Below, piece by piece: positions 8,979 to 19,170 of a DNA stretch of 64,000 nucleotides. The stretch comes from Trueperaceae bacterium (GTDB lineage Bacteria > Deinococcota > Deinococci > Deinococcales > Trueperaceae), in the NCBI GenBank assembly GCA_965213705.1, contig OZ243913.1, forward strand, positions 864,001 through 928,000. Reading direction: 5' to 3'. The notes beneath the pieces were generated by a model. That model saw nothing but the letters and a program-made list of their open reading frames with translations. It did not search any database and was not told where the DNA came from. Each line of letters begins with the position of its first letter. Positions within the stretch are counted from its first letter, which is position 1. A program made the position numbers and the translations under genes.

Positions 8979-10211
8979 ATGCCTACTTATGAGTACGTTG
9001 CCAAAGACCGCGTCGGGAAGGCATTGACCGGCACGATAGAGGCGACGTCGCAACGAGACGTCGCCGTCATGCTCCGCGAAAAAGGCGCCGTCGCCATCAC
9101 CAAAATCGCCGAGCCCAAAACGGGCATCAACGCCGACCTCAAACTGCCGGCGTGGTTGGACTTTGGCAGCAAACCCAACGTTCGCGACATCGCTATTTTC
9201 AGCCGTCAGTTCGCCACCGTCATCAACGCCGGTCTGCCGGTGGTGCAGTCGCTCGCCATTTTGCAGCGGCAGGCCGACAAAGAAGGGTTGAAAAACGCGC
9301 TCAAAGACGTGCGCGGCGACGTCGAGACGGGTTTGCAGCTCTCGGACGCCCTCGCCAAGTTTCCTAAAATTTTCAACAAGCTCTACATTTACCTGGTCAA
9401 AGCGGGCGAGGTGTCGGGTAACTTGGACGGCATTTTAGAGCGCATCGCCGCTTACCAGGAAAAAGAACAGGCGCTGCGCGGCAAAATTCGCTCGGCCCTG
9501 ACGTACCCGGTGGTCGTTTTGACCATCGCCTTGGCCGTGACCTGGTTTTTGCTGACCGGCATCGTGCCGCAGTTCGCGGGTATCTTGACGCAGCTGGGTG
9601 GCGAGTTGCCCCTTATCACCCGCATCCTCATCGGCATCAGCGACTTTTTGAGGTACCAGTGGTACTTGCTTTTCGGAATTATCGGCGGGGCGGTCGGGGG
9701 CATCATTTTTTACTACCGCACCCCGAACGGTCAGCACGTCATCGACCGCTTTTTGCTCAAGGTGCCCATCTTCGGCACGCTGATTCAAAAAACCTCGATT
9801 GCGAGTTTCTCGAGCACCTTTGGCCTGCTCCTGAAAAGCGGCGTGAACATCATCGAGTCGTTGGAAATCACCAAGGGCACGGCCGGCAACGTCATCGTTC
9901 AGAACGTGCTGAGCGAGGCCAAAGAAGCGGTGCAGCGCGGCGAGCAAATCAGCGAAACGCTTGTCAAACACCCGGTCGTTTTTCCGCCGCTCGTCACCTC
10001 GATGATTGCCATCGGTGAAGAGACCGGCGCGATTGACAACATGCTGGAAAAAATAGCCTCGTTTTACGAGCGCGAAGTCGACGAGGCCGTCGACGCCCTC
10101 ACCGCCGCGCTCGAGCCCGCCTTGATAGTTTTTCTGGGTGTCGTGGTCGGCTTTATCGTCGCGGGTATGTTTCTGCCGATGTTCGCCATCATCGGCAGCT
10201 TGAGCGGGTAA
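8979..10211 (+). CDS. pilC: Type IV pilus platform protein PilC (T2SS F family)
   Basis: FSRQFATVINAGLP, AGEVSGNLD, ALTYP, IGEETG, LEPALI. Confidence 0.93.
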   Translation: MPTYEYVAKDRVGKALTGTIEATSQRDVAVMLREKGAVAITKIAEPKTGINADLKLPAWLDFGSKPNVRDIAIFSRQFATVINAGLPVVQSLAILQRQADKEGLKNALKDVRGDVETGLQLSDALAKFPKIFNKLYIYLVKAGEVSGNLDGILERIAAYQEKEQALRGKIRSALTYPVVVLTIALAVTWFLLTGIVPQFAGILTQLGGELPLITRILIGISDFLRYQWYLLFGIIGGAVGGIIFYYRTPNGQHVIDRFLLKVPIFGTLIQKTSIASFSSTFGLLLKSGVNIIESLEITKGTAGNVIVQNVLSEAKEAVQRGEQISETLVKHPVVFPPLVTSMIAIGEETGAIDNMLEKIASFYEREVDEAVDALTAALEPALIVFLGVVVGFIVAGMFLPMFAIIGSLSG

Positions 10212-10269
10212 GCAGGGGCAAACGGCGCCGGCGCGCCCGAAAGGGGGCGCCGGGTGATAGGGTTTTGGG

Positions 10270-11226
10270 ATGAGCGACCTTTTGCTGGCCCTGGACTTCG
10301 GCGGCACCAAACTCAGTGCGGGCGTCGCCGCGCGGGGCGAAACTGTATGGCGCGGGTTGAAACGTGCGCCGTCGAAACACGGCGCGACCGCCGCAGACGA
10401 CCTTGCGCTGATGTTCACACTCGTGGACGGTCTGTTAAAGGGTGACCGACCCGCCGCCGTCGGTGTGAGCTTCGGTGGGCCGGTGGACGCTTCTCGGGGC
10501 GTCGTGCGGCTCAGCGACCACGTGCCGGGCTGGGAGAACTACGGGTTGAAGGAACGGCTCGAGCAACGTTTTTCAGTCCCGGCAAGCGTCGACAACGACG
10601 CCAACGTGGCGGCTTTAGGCGAATACGTTTACGGGGCCGGGCGCGGCTGCCACAGTCTGCTCTACGTCACGGTCAGCACCGGCGTCGGCGGCGGTTGGAT
10701 TTTAGACGGCAAAGTCTGGCACGGTTTTGACGGTATGGCCGGGGAAATCGGCCACACAACGGCCGACCCGAACGGCCCCGAGTGCTTTTGCGGCAAGCGC
10801 GGCTGTGTCGAACGGCTGGCCTCGGGACCGTACCTGGCCGAGTACGCACGCGAGCTTCTCGCCGCCGCGCCGGAACGGGGTAAAGCGTTGAGAGACCAAG
10901 TTGAGGACGAACGCCAACTTACCGCCCAGCACGTCAGCGCCGCCGCGGCGGTGGGGGACAGTCTCGCCTGGCAAGCCCTGGCGCGCTCGGCTTGGGCGCT
11001 CGGCTTGGGTCTGGGCAACGCGGTGAACTTTATGAACCCGCAACGTATAGCGCTGGGCGGCGGCGTGACGAAGTCGGGTGAGCGCTACTGGGCGGCGGTG
11101 CGCGAGGTTGCACGCGCCACCGCCCGCCCGCAAGCCATCCTCGACCTGGTGCCCGCCGCGCTCGGTGACGACGCGCCACTGTGGGGCGCAGTGGCGCTGG
11201 CCGAAGAGGCGCTCAGGCCTGCGTGA
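10270..11226 (+). CDS. ROK family sugar kinase
   Basis: DFGGTK, DNDANVAALGE, GEIGH, CFCGKRGCVE. Confidence 0.92.
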   Translation: MSDLLLALDFGGTKLSAGVAARGETVWRGLKRAPSKHGATAADDLALMFTLVDGLLKGDRPAAVGVSFGGPVDASRGVVRLSDHVPGWENYGLKERLEQRFSVPASVDNDANVAALGEYVYGAGRGCHSLLYVTVSTGVGGGWILDGKVWHGFDGMAGEIGHTTADPNGPECFCGKRGCVERLASGPYLAEYARELLAAAPERGKALRDQVEDERQLTAQHVSAAAAVGDSLAWQALARSAWALGLGLGNAVNFMNPQRIALGGGVTKSGERYWAAVREVARATARPQAILDLVPAALGDDAPLWGAVALAEEALRPA

Positions 11227-11229
11227 CCT

Positions 11230-11250
11230 CTGCCGACGTAAGCGTCGGCA
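11230..11250 (+). terminator. Hairpin after the ROK gene
   Basis: tgccgacg taag cgtcggca. Confidence 0.5.
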
Positions 11251-11265
11251 CGGCTCGAGGCTGGC

Positions 11266-11385
11266 CGGATTCCGGTGCTACACCTGTCAAACTTGAAGGG
11301 GTTTTTCGGTGCCTTGTCAGAATCCGCAACAGTTTCTTCTCGTTCCGCTCGGGTTAACTGAGGTCATGAACCACAAAGGGTATGA
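11266..11385. mobile_element. SNR-like repeat / putative IS630-type MITE, copy 1
   Basis: cggattccgg...aatccgcaacagtttcttctcg...ctcgggtt...aaagggtatga; reverse complement of the copies at 30134 and 41556. Confidence 0.8.
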
Positions 11386-11428
11386 GAACGTCCTGACAAA
11401 TCCGCCGGGGGTTAGACCGGTGTGGCGG

Positions 11429-13363
11429 TCAAAAAACGCGCGCCTCCCGCAGCCGGGCTATTTTCTCCAGGTCGCGCAGCAGGTCGCCGCTGTTCTCCGA
11501 GGTGTCGAGCGGGGACAGGCCGGGCGACCTGAAAATTGCTAAGCAGACCCCGACGATTTCGGGGTCGAAGTGGCTGCCGCCGCACCGCTCGACTTCGGCC
11601 AAAGCTTCCTCGGCGGACCAGGCCCGCTTGTAGGGCCGTTCGTGGGTGAGCGCGTCCAGCACGTCGGCTACGGCGACGATGCGGGCGGCCAGCGGGATGT
11701 CGGTGCCGGCCAGGCGGTGGGGGTAGCCTTGACCGTCCCAGCGCTCGTGGTGGGCTATCGCTACGCTCTCCGCCAACTGCAACAAAGCCGAATGGCCGTT
11801 CGCCAGGATGCTCGCGCCTATGGCCGCGTGCGTCCGCATAACGCTGAACTCCTCGTCGGTAAGCTTGCCGGGCTTGAGCAGGGTCGCGTCCGGGATGCCT
11901 ATTTTGCCCACGTCGTGCAGCCGCGCGGCCGTGTAGAGCAGCTGCGTTTCCTCCAAAGACCAGCCCAGGGCGTAGGCCAGCAGGGCGGCGGTCCGGCCGA
12001 CCCGGCGCGTGTGCTCGGCCGTGTCGTCGTCGCGGTACTCGGCGGCGACCGCGAGCCGCGTCACGACTTCTAGGTGAGCCTCTTCAAGCTCGCGGGTACG
12101 CTCGCGCACCAGGCGTTCGGCCTCTTCGTGGGCTTGGCGGCTCAGTTCGGACTTGAGCCGGTACACCTCGGCTTCGCGGTGCGCCTTTTCGAGGTCGATT
12201 TTGAGCGTCAGGCGGCGCGTTTTCTCGGCGTTTTCGTCGTTGAAGATGCGTTCTTTCAAGCTGTGAAACGCTTCTAGGTGGTAGACCGCCTTCTCGAAGC
12301 CGCCTTGCAGCTTGTAGGCCTGCGCCAAGAGTTCGTGAGCCTCGTACAAGGCTTTGGGCTGCTCGGTCTGCTCGGCCAGCAACAGCGCGGCCTGGGCGTG
12401 CGCGACGGCGTCGGAGAACGAGCGCGTCGCCAGTTCGTCTTTCGCCAGGTTGAGGGCGCTGCTCAGTTTTTTGGGCACGTCGTTGATAGAAGCGGCCAGT
12501 TCGGCGGCCAGCCGGTGGGCCTCGCGCGCCCTCGAGAACAGGCCCTTTTTACGAAAAACGTTGCCCAGACCCTCGGTCGCAGCTATCTGGTAGACGACGA
12601 GACCGTGGTGCTCGCTCAGGTCTTCCGCCGCCACAAAAGCGGTTTCCGCGTCCGCGAAGCGCGCCAGTTCCAGGTAAACCTCGCCTAAGTTGATGAGCGA
12701 CACGACCTCTAAGATGTCGTCGCCGAGGTGGGCGGCTATGCCCAGGGCGTCGTTGTAAAAGGAGGCTGCCCGTTCGAACTTGCCGAGCGCGGCGTAGGTC
12801 AACCCGAGGTTTTGCAAGTTGATGGCGGCGCTGCGCGACTCGGGGTCGTGGTCTTTGAGAATTTCGTAAGCCTCTTGCAAGGACACGAGGGCGGTTTGGT
12901 ACTCGGAGAGTTCGCGGTAGATGTCGCCGGCGTTCGTGAGCACGTCGGCGAGCAGCCTGGTCTGCCCGAGCACCTTGAGGAGGGTTGCGGCCCGTTCCAG
13001 GTGGGTGAGCGCGGCGGAGAGGTCGCCCAACAGGGCGAAGACGCTGGCAAGCTGGTTGAGGGCGTTGGCCTCCAAGTCCTTCAAAGCCTCGTCCTGGGCG
13101 AGCTTCAGGGCTGTTTCGAAGTGCGTTTTCGCCGCTGCAAAGTCGCCGTGCTCGCGCGCGATTTTACCGAGCAGCAACTCGGCCTCGCCGCGGTGTTGCG
13201 GCGCGAAATCGTCAGCGGCGAGGCCTTCCAACAGACTCGTCTGGGCGGCGCTCAGCTGGCCCAGCTCGAAGGCTTTTTGGGCTTGCTCGAGGCGTTCTAG
13301 CGCGGCGGGAAAGTCGGCTTCTTCGCCGTCCCGCGCCCTGAGCTGTAGGGTGACTTCAGCCAT
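11429..13363 (-). CDS. TPR-repeat HD-GYP phosphodiesterase
   Basis: Multiple TPR helices; HTRRVG, LHDVGKIG, HHERWDGQGYP, VADVLDAL, RPYK. Confidence 0.92.
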   Translation of the reverse strand: MAEVTLQLRARDGEEADFPAALERLEQAQKAFELGQLSAAQTSLLEGLAADDFAPQHRGEAELLLGKIAREHGDFAAAKTHFETALKLAQDEALKDLEANALNQLASVFALLGDLSAALTHLERAATLLKVLGQTRLLADVLTNAGDIYRELSEYQTALVSLQEAYEILKDHDPESRSAAINLQNLGLTYAALGKFERAASFYNDALGIAAHLGDDILEVVSLINLGEVYLELARFADAETAFVAAEDLSEHHGLVVYQIAATEGLGNVFRKKGLFSRAREAHRLAAELAASINDVPKKLSSALNLAKDELATRSFSDAVAHAQAALLLAEQTEQPKALYEAHELLAQAYKLQGGFEKAVYHLEAFHSLKERIFNDENAEKTRRLTLKIDLEKAHREAEVYRLKSELSRQAHEEAERLVRERTRELEEAHLEVVTRLAVAAEYRDDDTAEHTRRVGRTAALLAYALGWSLEETQLLYTAARLHDVGKIGIPDATLLKPGKLTDEEFSVMRTHAAIGASILANGHSALLQLAESVAIAHHERWDGQGYPHRLAGTDIPLAARIVAVADVLDALTHERPYKRAWSAEEALAEVERCGGSHFDPEIVGVCLAIFRSPGLSPLDTSENSGDLLRDLEKIARLREARVF

Positions 13364-13517
13364 TCGAAACACTCCGTCCCAGGGGTCCGGTCTACCGCCG
13401 CCCCGCTTGACTGGAGTTTAAAACGGCGACTGTCACGGGGTTCTTACAACGTGACAAAGTGGGCGCGTCAAACACGCGCCCACCGGATTTTGCCGTTTCA
13501 AAGCGTTTCGGTTTTGC

Positions 13518-14873
13518 TCAGAATTTCAGGACGTCGCCCAGGAACTGTCTCAGGTCGAGCCGGCCCTTACCCATGCCGTCTTTGTAAAGTGCTTCGTTCA
13601 TGCCGACGTCGTAGAGTTTGTCCATAACTTTTTCGCCGACGAGTTTGGGCAGGTCTTTAGGAGCTTTGTCCAGGTTCGGCTGGCCCAGGGCCAGCGCCAG
13701 CGCGCCCGAGACCATCGGCGCGGCGAACGAGGTGCCGCTCACGTAAGCAACTTGGCCGTTAGGGTAAGCGGTGAAGACGATTTCACCTGGAGCGACCGTT
13801 TCAACCATGTCTTTTTGATAGGTCGAAAAGGCGGACTTTTCGTCGACGGCGTTGACACTGCCGACGCTCACGAGTGCGTCTTTGTAAGGCGTGTCCTTGA
13901 GCGCCCCTCGAGCCGGAAAGGTGACGCTCCGGTCGCCCGAGTTGCCCGACGAGGCGACGACCGCGACGCCCTTGTTTTTCGCCTTCTCCAAGACCTTTTC
14001 CACCGCGGCAGAGGTTTCCGCTGCGCCGAGCGATACGTTGACAACCTTCGCGCCGCGATCAACGGCCCAGTTGATGGCGAGGGCTAAGTTGTCGGTGTCG
14101 CCCTGACCGTCGGCGCCCAGCACCCGCAAGGGCATGATTTTCGCCAGCGGCGCGACCTGCAGAATGATGCCCGCCACCGCGGTGCCGTGGCCGTAGCCGT
14201 CTCCGAAACCCTCGTCCTGGGGCCGCGCGTCGCCGTCTACAAAGTCCCAACCCGGCACGAGCCGGTCGGTAAACACGGGGTGAGCGAGGTCGAGGCCGGT
14301 GTCGATGACGGCGACGACGACGCCGTTGCCCAAGTGAGGGGCCAGCTTGGTGTGCGCTTCGAGAAGACCTATTTGCTGCCAAGCGCGCGCGTTGTCGAGT
14401 GGGGTAAAGGTTAGTTGGGTGGGCACAGAGCCGTCCCAAGCTGTTGCGCCGCCAGCCCAAGCCCGGACACCGCCGGCCCAGGCGCGCACGCCGCCGGCCC
14501 AAGCGCGCACGCCGCCGGCCCAAGCGCGCACGCCGGCCGCGCTGAGTTCGGGCAGTGCGAACGCGTTTTGGTTTTGCTCCAAGGAAAGCGTGGTGAGCCC
14601 GGCCATCCCGTCGGCAAAGCCCAGTACGGCGAAACCCGCTTCGGCGTCGAAAAGAACGACGCTGCCGCCGTAAAGCGCCTCGAGTTCGGCCGGGGTGGTG
14701 TCGGAACCGACAGTGACCGTGGTGAGCGAAGCGAAGTCCTGATTCGTGTTCAGCTCAGGCGCGCTGCTGAGGCTGCACGACGACAGCGCCCCCACCAAAA
14801 GGGTGAGCAGCCAGAACAGGAGCCAGCGATGTTTGGTTTGATGCCCGGTGTGATTCAAATCGGTGTAAGACAA
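13518..14873 (-). CDS. S8 (subtilisin-like) serine peptidase, lipoprotein, with WAGG repeats
   Basis: Lipobox ALSSC; catalytic VIDTG, HGTAVAG, GTSFAAP; tandem GVRAWAG repeats. Confidence 0.92.
   Translation of the reverse strand: MSYTDLNHTGHQTKHRWLLFWLLTLLVGALSSCSLSSAPELNTNQDFASLTTVTVGSDTTPAELEALYGGSVVLFDAEAGFAVLGFADGMAGLTTLSLEQNQNAFALPELSAAGVRAWAGGVRAWAGGVRAWAGGVRAWAGGATAWDGSVPTQLTFTPLDNARAWQQIGLLEAHTKLAPHLGNGVVVAVIDTGLDLAHPVFTDRLVPGWDFVDGDARPQDEGFGDGYGHGTAVAGIILQVAPLAKIMPLRVLGADGQGDTDNLALAINWAVDRGAKVVNVSLGAAETSAAVEKVLEKAKNKGVAVVASSGNSGDRSVTFPARGALKDTPYKDALVSVGSVNAVDEKSAFSTYQKDMVETVAPGEIVFTAYPNGQVAYVSGTSFAAPMVSGALALALGQPNLDKAPKDLPKLVGEKVMDKLYDVGMNEALYKDGMGKGRLDLRQFLGDVLKF
14447..14538 (-). 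repeat. 21-nt coding tandem repeat (GVRAWAG x4)
   Basis: Repeated gcgcgcacgccgccggccca units. Confidence 0.85.
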
Positions 14874-15319
14874 GATGGTTCTCCAAAACGAAACGTAAGT
14901 CGGTCGCGCTACTGGCTCGCCGCCGTTCTAGCGCCCGGTTAAGAGCGGCGGGTCTGCACCTCTTACTTGCTCCTTTCGGAATAAACTTGGGTAAACTCAG
15001 TCTTCTACCCGTGTTTCGTTTACCAATGTACGAGGTTGGGTCTCACGAAACTCTTACAAAACTTTTCGGCAGCGGTTTCGTGAGAGGTTGAGCCAGCCCC
15101 GTTGTGACCTCGTCGCAAATCTCTTGGACTCCACGTTGGCGAGGTGTAAGCCTTTTCGTTTCGACGCGCTAAGGAAAGGCTGTAAGTTCTGGGACACAGG
15201 GCACGCACTCTCAACTACCTGAGTTGCCTCGAGCCACCAAGACTCCCGTCTGCAAGGCGTGCGTTTTTGGGCGGCCGCTGGTGTAAAGTTCTCTACGAAG
15301 ACTTTTTCAGGAGGCTCTT

Positions 15320-17116
15320 TTGGCGCTCACCACAGCCCGCCCGCATAAAAACAGCGAGTTCAGCGTCGCGAACGAGTACGTTTACGACCGCAGCGGCGGG
15401 CCGGTGCGCTGGCTTGTGTCGCACCTGCTGCGCTACAAGCTGTTGTTGGGCCTGTTTTTACTTGCGGTGACCCTGACTAACATCCTCTTTTCGGCGGTGC
15501 CGCGCCTGACGGGTGTGGCCTTCGACGTGGTGCTCCAGCCCGACCCGAGCGCGCGGCGGCTATTGACCCTCGCCGCGCTTATTTTGGGTGCCGTGCTGGT
15601 GCGCGGCGTTATCGACCTCGGCAACAGTTTTTCGATAGAGACCCTGGGGCAGCGGCTCGAGCGCGACGCGCGCGAAGAGCTGTACCTGAGTTTGCTGGGC
15701 AAAAGCCAGACCTTTCACAACCGCCAGCGCGTCGGCGACATCATGGCGCGCGCGACCGGCGACGTGCGCCAGCTCAACCCGATGATGAACCCCGGCGTGG
15801 CGCTCATCTCCGAGTCGGTCGTCGCGACGGTCGTGCCGCTCGTTTTCATCGCCTTTATCGACCTGCGGCTGTTGCTTTCGCCCGCACTGTTCGTCGTGGT
15901 GTTTGTGCTCGCGCTACGCGACTACATGCGGCGGCTCAACCCCGTGTCCGGCGCGATGCGCCGCCGGTTCGGGACGATGAACGCCGGGCTGAACGAGGCC
16001 ATCACCGGCATCGAGGTAGTTAAGTCGACGGTGCAAGAAACGCAGGAACAGCGCAAGTTTGTCGGCGACGCGACGAACTACCGGGACGCCTTTGTCGCGC
16101 AGGGCCGGGTGCAGGCGCGCTACCTGCCGATTTTGCTGTTCGGCTTCGCGCTGACGGGGGCGTTCGCGCACGGCTTGTGGCTGTTGTCAAAGGGCCAGCT
16201 CACGGTCGGAGACCTGGTGGCTTACCTGGGACTGGTCGGCGCGATGCGTTTTACCGCGTCCATTTCGGTGTTCACTTTTTCGCTCGTGCAGTTGGGTTTG
16301 GCCGGGGCCGAGCGGATTCTCGAGCTGATGAGCGAAGAAACCGAACTCGACGAAAACGTGGGCGGCCACGCCTCACCGATTCGTGGGCGCATCGTGTTCG
16401 AGAACGTGAGTTTCGGCTATGTGGGCGCGGACGGCAAACAAAGCTTGCACAACGTCTCGTTCGAGGCCGCGCCGGGCGAGACCGTCGCCATCGTCGGGCA
16501 GACGGGCTCGGGCAAGAGCACGCTGACCAAGCTCGTCAACCGCGCCTACGACGTGAGCGCGGGCCGTATCCTCATCGACGGGGTGGACGTGCGGGACTGG
16601 AACTTAGAGTCCTTGCGCCAGCAGGTTTCGGTCATCGAGCAAGACGTGTTTTTGTTCTCCCGCTCCGTCGCCGACAACATCGCCTTCGGGCTGGGTGAAA
16701 AAGCGACGCGGGCGGCCGTTCTGGAGGCCGCCAAGGCCGCGCAAGCGCACAGTTTCATCACGAACTTTGCCGACGGCTACGGGACGGTTATCGGCGAGCG
16801 CGGCGTGACGCTCTCGGGAGGGCAGCGGCAGCGTTTGGCGATTGCTCGAGCCCTCCTCACCGACCCGCGCATTCTCATCTTGGACGACTCGACGAGCGCG
16901 GTCGACAGCGCCACCGAGGACGCGATTCAGCGCGCCATCGACAAGGTGCTAGAGGGCCGCACCACGCTCATGATTACGCACCGGCTGTCGCAGATTCGCC
17001 GCGCCGACAAAATCTTGGTCTTGGAGCGCGGCGAAATCGTCGCCCAAGGCACACACGACGAACTGCTGATGCGCTCAAAACTCTACCGCCGAATCTTCGC
17101 GAGGCAAGACGCATGA
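15320..17116 (+). CDS. ABC exporter half (TMD+NBD), heterodimer subunit 1
   Basis: Transmembrane domain; GQTGSGKS; LSGGQRQR; degenerate Walker B ILDDSTS. Confidence 0.93.
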   Translation: MALTTARPHKNSEFSVANEYVYDRSGGPVRWLVSHLLRYKLLLGLFLLAVTLTNILFSAVPRLTGVAFDVVLQPDPSARRLLTLAALILGAVLVRGVIDLGNSFSIETLGQRLERDAREELYLSLLGKSQTFHNRQRVGDIMARATGDVRQLNPMMNPGVALISESVVATVVPLVFIAFIDLRLLLSPALFVVVFVLALRDYMRRLNPVSGAMRRRFGTMNAGLNEAITGIEVVKSTVQETQEQRKFVGDATNYRDAFVAQGRVQARYLPILLFGFALTGAFAHGLWLLSKGQLTVGDLVAYLGLVGAMRFTASISVFTFSLVQLGLAGAERILELMSEETELDENVGGHASPIRGRIVFENVSFGYVGADGKQSLHNVSFEAAPGETVAIVGQTGSGKSTLTKLVNRAYDVSAGRILIDGVDVRDWNLESLRQQVSVIEQDVFLFSRSVADNIAFGLGEKATRAAVLEAAKAAQAHSFITNFADGYGTVIGERGVTLSGGQRQRLAIARALLTDPRILILDDSTSAVDSATEDAIQRAIDKVLEGRTTLMITHRLSQIRRADKILVLERGEIVAQGTHDELLMRSKLYRRIFARQDA

Positions 17117-17199
17117 AAATTTATGCAGCTGCGAGCAGGGGAGCAAACGTTGTTCGTCCTCCGCTCAGCGCGACGAACCCCCAATTGACGGCTTTCTTC

Positions 17200-17233
17200 T
17201 ACTCGGTCCTTTCCACTCGGTCCTCGGTACTTT
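17200..17233. repeat. Heptamer (GTACCGA-type) array, reverse orientation
   Basis: Reverse complement reads gtaccgaggaccgagtggaaaggaccgagt. Confidence 0.8.
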
Positions 17234-17252
17234 CTGCTCGAGCGAGCAGCTG

Positions 17253-19076
17253 ATGGGCTTCATCATGGACGGCGTCGCCACCGAGGCGTACGACCGCAGC
17301 TACAGCGACCGCCAACTCTTGCGCCGCATCTTCGCCTATTTCCGGCCGCACCTAAAAACGATGGTGTTCGTCGCCCTCATGACCTTTTTGGACGCGCTGA
17401 TGGGCGCGGCGCTGCCGGTCTTAATCTCGCGCGGCATCGACGTGTTGGACGGCTCGAGCGACTTGCAAGCCGGGCTGTGGCAACAAGCGGGCGGTCTGCT
17501 CGTCGCCGTGTTGCTGGCCGGGGCGCTCGCCTGGACGTTCAACTTTTTTCGCCAGACCTATACCGCTCGCGCAGTGGGCGACGTGGTGCTCGAGCTGCGC
17601 AAGGACGCCTTCGACGCGGTGCTGGCGCGCGACATGTCGTTTTACGACGAGTTCTCGACCGGCAAAATCGTCAGCCGCGTCACCTCGGACACGCAAGACT
17701 TCGCGACCGTCGTCACCCTGACGCTCAACCTCATGAGCCAGGTGTTGCAAATCCTCATCATCGTCGGCGTGCTGTTTTACCTGAACGTGCGCCTCACGCT
17801 CATCGCGCTTGTTATCGCGCCCTTTATCGTCGCGGCGGCCCTGGCATTTCGCTACGTCGCGCGCTTTACCGCGCAGCAGGCGCGGCGCGTCCTCGCCGAG
17901 GTAAACGCGAACGTGCAGGAGTCTGTCACGGGCATCTCGGTGGCGAAGGCGTTTCGGCAGGAGCGGACCGTGTTCGACACCTTCAGCCGGGTCAACGAGC
18001 AGTCCTACGACCTGAACTTGCGGCAGGGCCTCGTCTTCAGCTCGATTTTCCCCATCCTCGGCACCATTGCGGGAGTCGGCACGGCGCTGGTCGTGTACTT
18101 CGGCGGGCGCAGCGTTTTGGCGGGTACGGTCACGGCGGGCGAGTGGTACTTGTTCGTCCAGAGCGTCGCGCTGTTCTGGTTTCCGCTGACGAGCATCGCC
18201 TCGTTTTGGAGCCAGTTTCAGCAAGGACTGGCGGCGAGCGAGCGCGTTTTCGCCCTCGTCGACGCCGAGCCTCGAGTGGTGCAGATCGGCGCTGAACAGG
18301 TTGGGGATTTGCGGGGGCGGCTCGAGTTCGTGAGGATGGACTTTCGATACACCGAACAGGAGCAGGTGCTCCGCAGTTTCGACCTGACGATTCCGGCCGG
18401 GGAGACCGTCGCCTTTGTCGGCCACACCGGGGCGGGCAAGTCGAGCCTTGGCAAGCTCGTCGCGCGTTTTTACGAGTTTCAGGGCGGTCAGTTGCTCGTC
18501 GACGGGCGCGACATCCGCACGCTCGACTTGCAAAGTTACCGCCGTCACCTAGGCATCGTCCAGCAGACGCCCTTTTTGTTCCGCGGCACGGTGCGCGAAA
18601 ACATCCGCTACGGGGCTCCAAACGCCTCGGACGAAGAGGTGGTTGCGGTGGCGCGGCGGGTCGGCGGCGGCGACTGGCTGGACGTGTTGCCGCAGGGTTT
18701 GGACACCGACGTGGGCGAGTCCGGCAAGGGCATTTCGGGCGGGCAGCGGCAGCTCGTGGCCTTGGCTCGAGTGCTGCTGCAAAACCCGCGTATTTTAATC
18801 CTGGACGAGGCGACGGCGAGCGTCGACCCATTGACCGAGGCGCAGATTCAAGAGGGGCTCGAGCTTGTCCTGCGTGACCGCACCGCCATCGTCATCGCCC
18901 ACCGGCTCTCGACCATTCGCAGCGCCGACCGAATTATCGTGTTGAGCAAGGGCGAAATTGTCGAGGAGGGTACGCACGAGGGCTTGCTCGAGCAAGGTGG
19001 TCACTACGCCGAACTCTACAACACCTACTTCCGGCACCAGTCGCCGGACTACGACCCGGTAGGGGCGGGGTCTTAG
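17253..19076 (+). CDS. ABC exporter half (TMD+NBD), heterodimer subunit 2
   Basis: GHTGAGKS; ISGGQRQ; ILDEATAS; IAHRLST. Confidence 0.93.
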   Translation: MGFIMDGVATEAYDRSYSDRQLLRRIFAYFRPHLKTMVFVALMTFLDALMGAALPVLISRGIDVLDGSSDLQAGLWQQAGGLLVAVLLAGALAWTFNFFRQTYTARAVGDVVLELRKDAFDAVLARDMSFYDEFSTGKIVSRVTSDTQDFATVVTLTLNLMSQVLQILIIVGVLFYLNVRLTLIALVIAPFIVAAALAFRYVARFTAQQARRVLAEVNANVQESVTGISVAKAFRQERTVFDTFSRVNEQSYDLNLRQGLVFSSIFPILGTIAGVGTALVVYFGGRSVLAGTVTAGEWYLFVQSVALFWFPLTSIASFWSQFQQGLAASERVFALVDAEPRVVQIGAEQVGDLRGRLEFVRMDFRYTEQEQVLRSFDLTIPAGETVAFVGHTGAGKSSLGKLVARFYEFQGGQLLVDGRDIRTLDLQSYRRHLGIVQQTPFLFRGTVRENIRYGAPNASDEEVVAVARRVGGGDWLDVLPQGLDTDVGESGKGISGGQRQLVALARVLLQNPRILILDEATASVDPLTEAQIQEGLELVLRDRTAIVIAHRLSTIRSADRIIVLSKGEIVEEGTHEGLLEQGGHYAELYNTYFRHQSPDYDPVGAGS

Positions 19077-19114
19077 AAAACTCGAGAAACCTCAGCCACG
19101 TGCTCGAGCAAAAA

Positions 19115-19141
19115 CGAGGTGTGGGAAAATCCCACACCTCG
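19115..19141. terminator. Hairpin between the convergent ABC and rhodopsin genes
   Basis: cgaggtgtggga aaa tcccacacctcg (12-bp perfect stem). Confidence 0.65.
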
Positions 19142-19170
19142 ACTTTCGTCAAGCTGTTTTTACCGGAACC

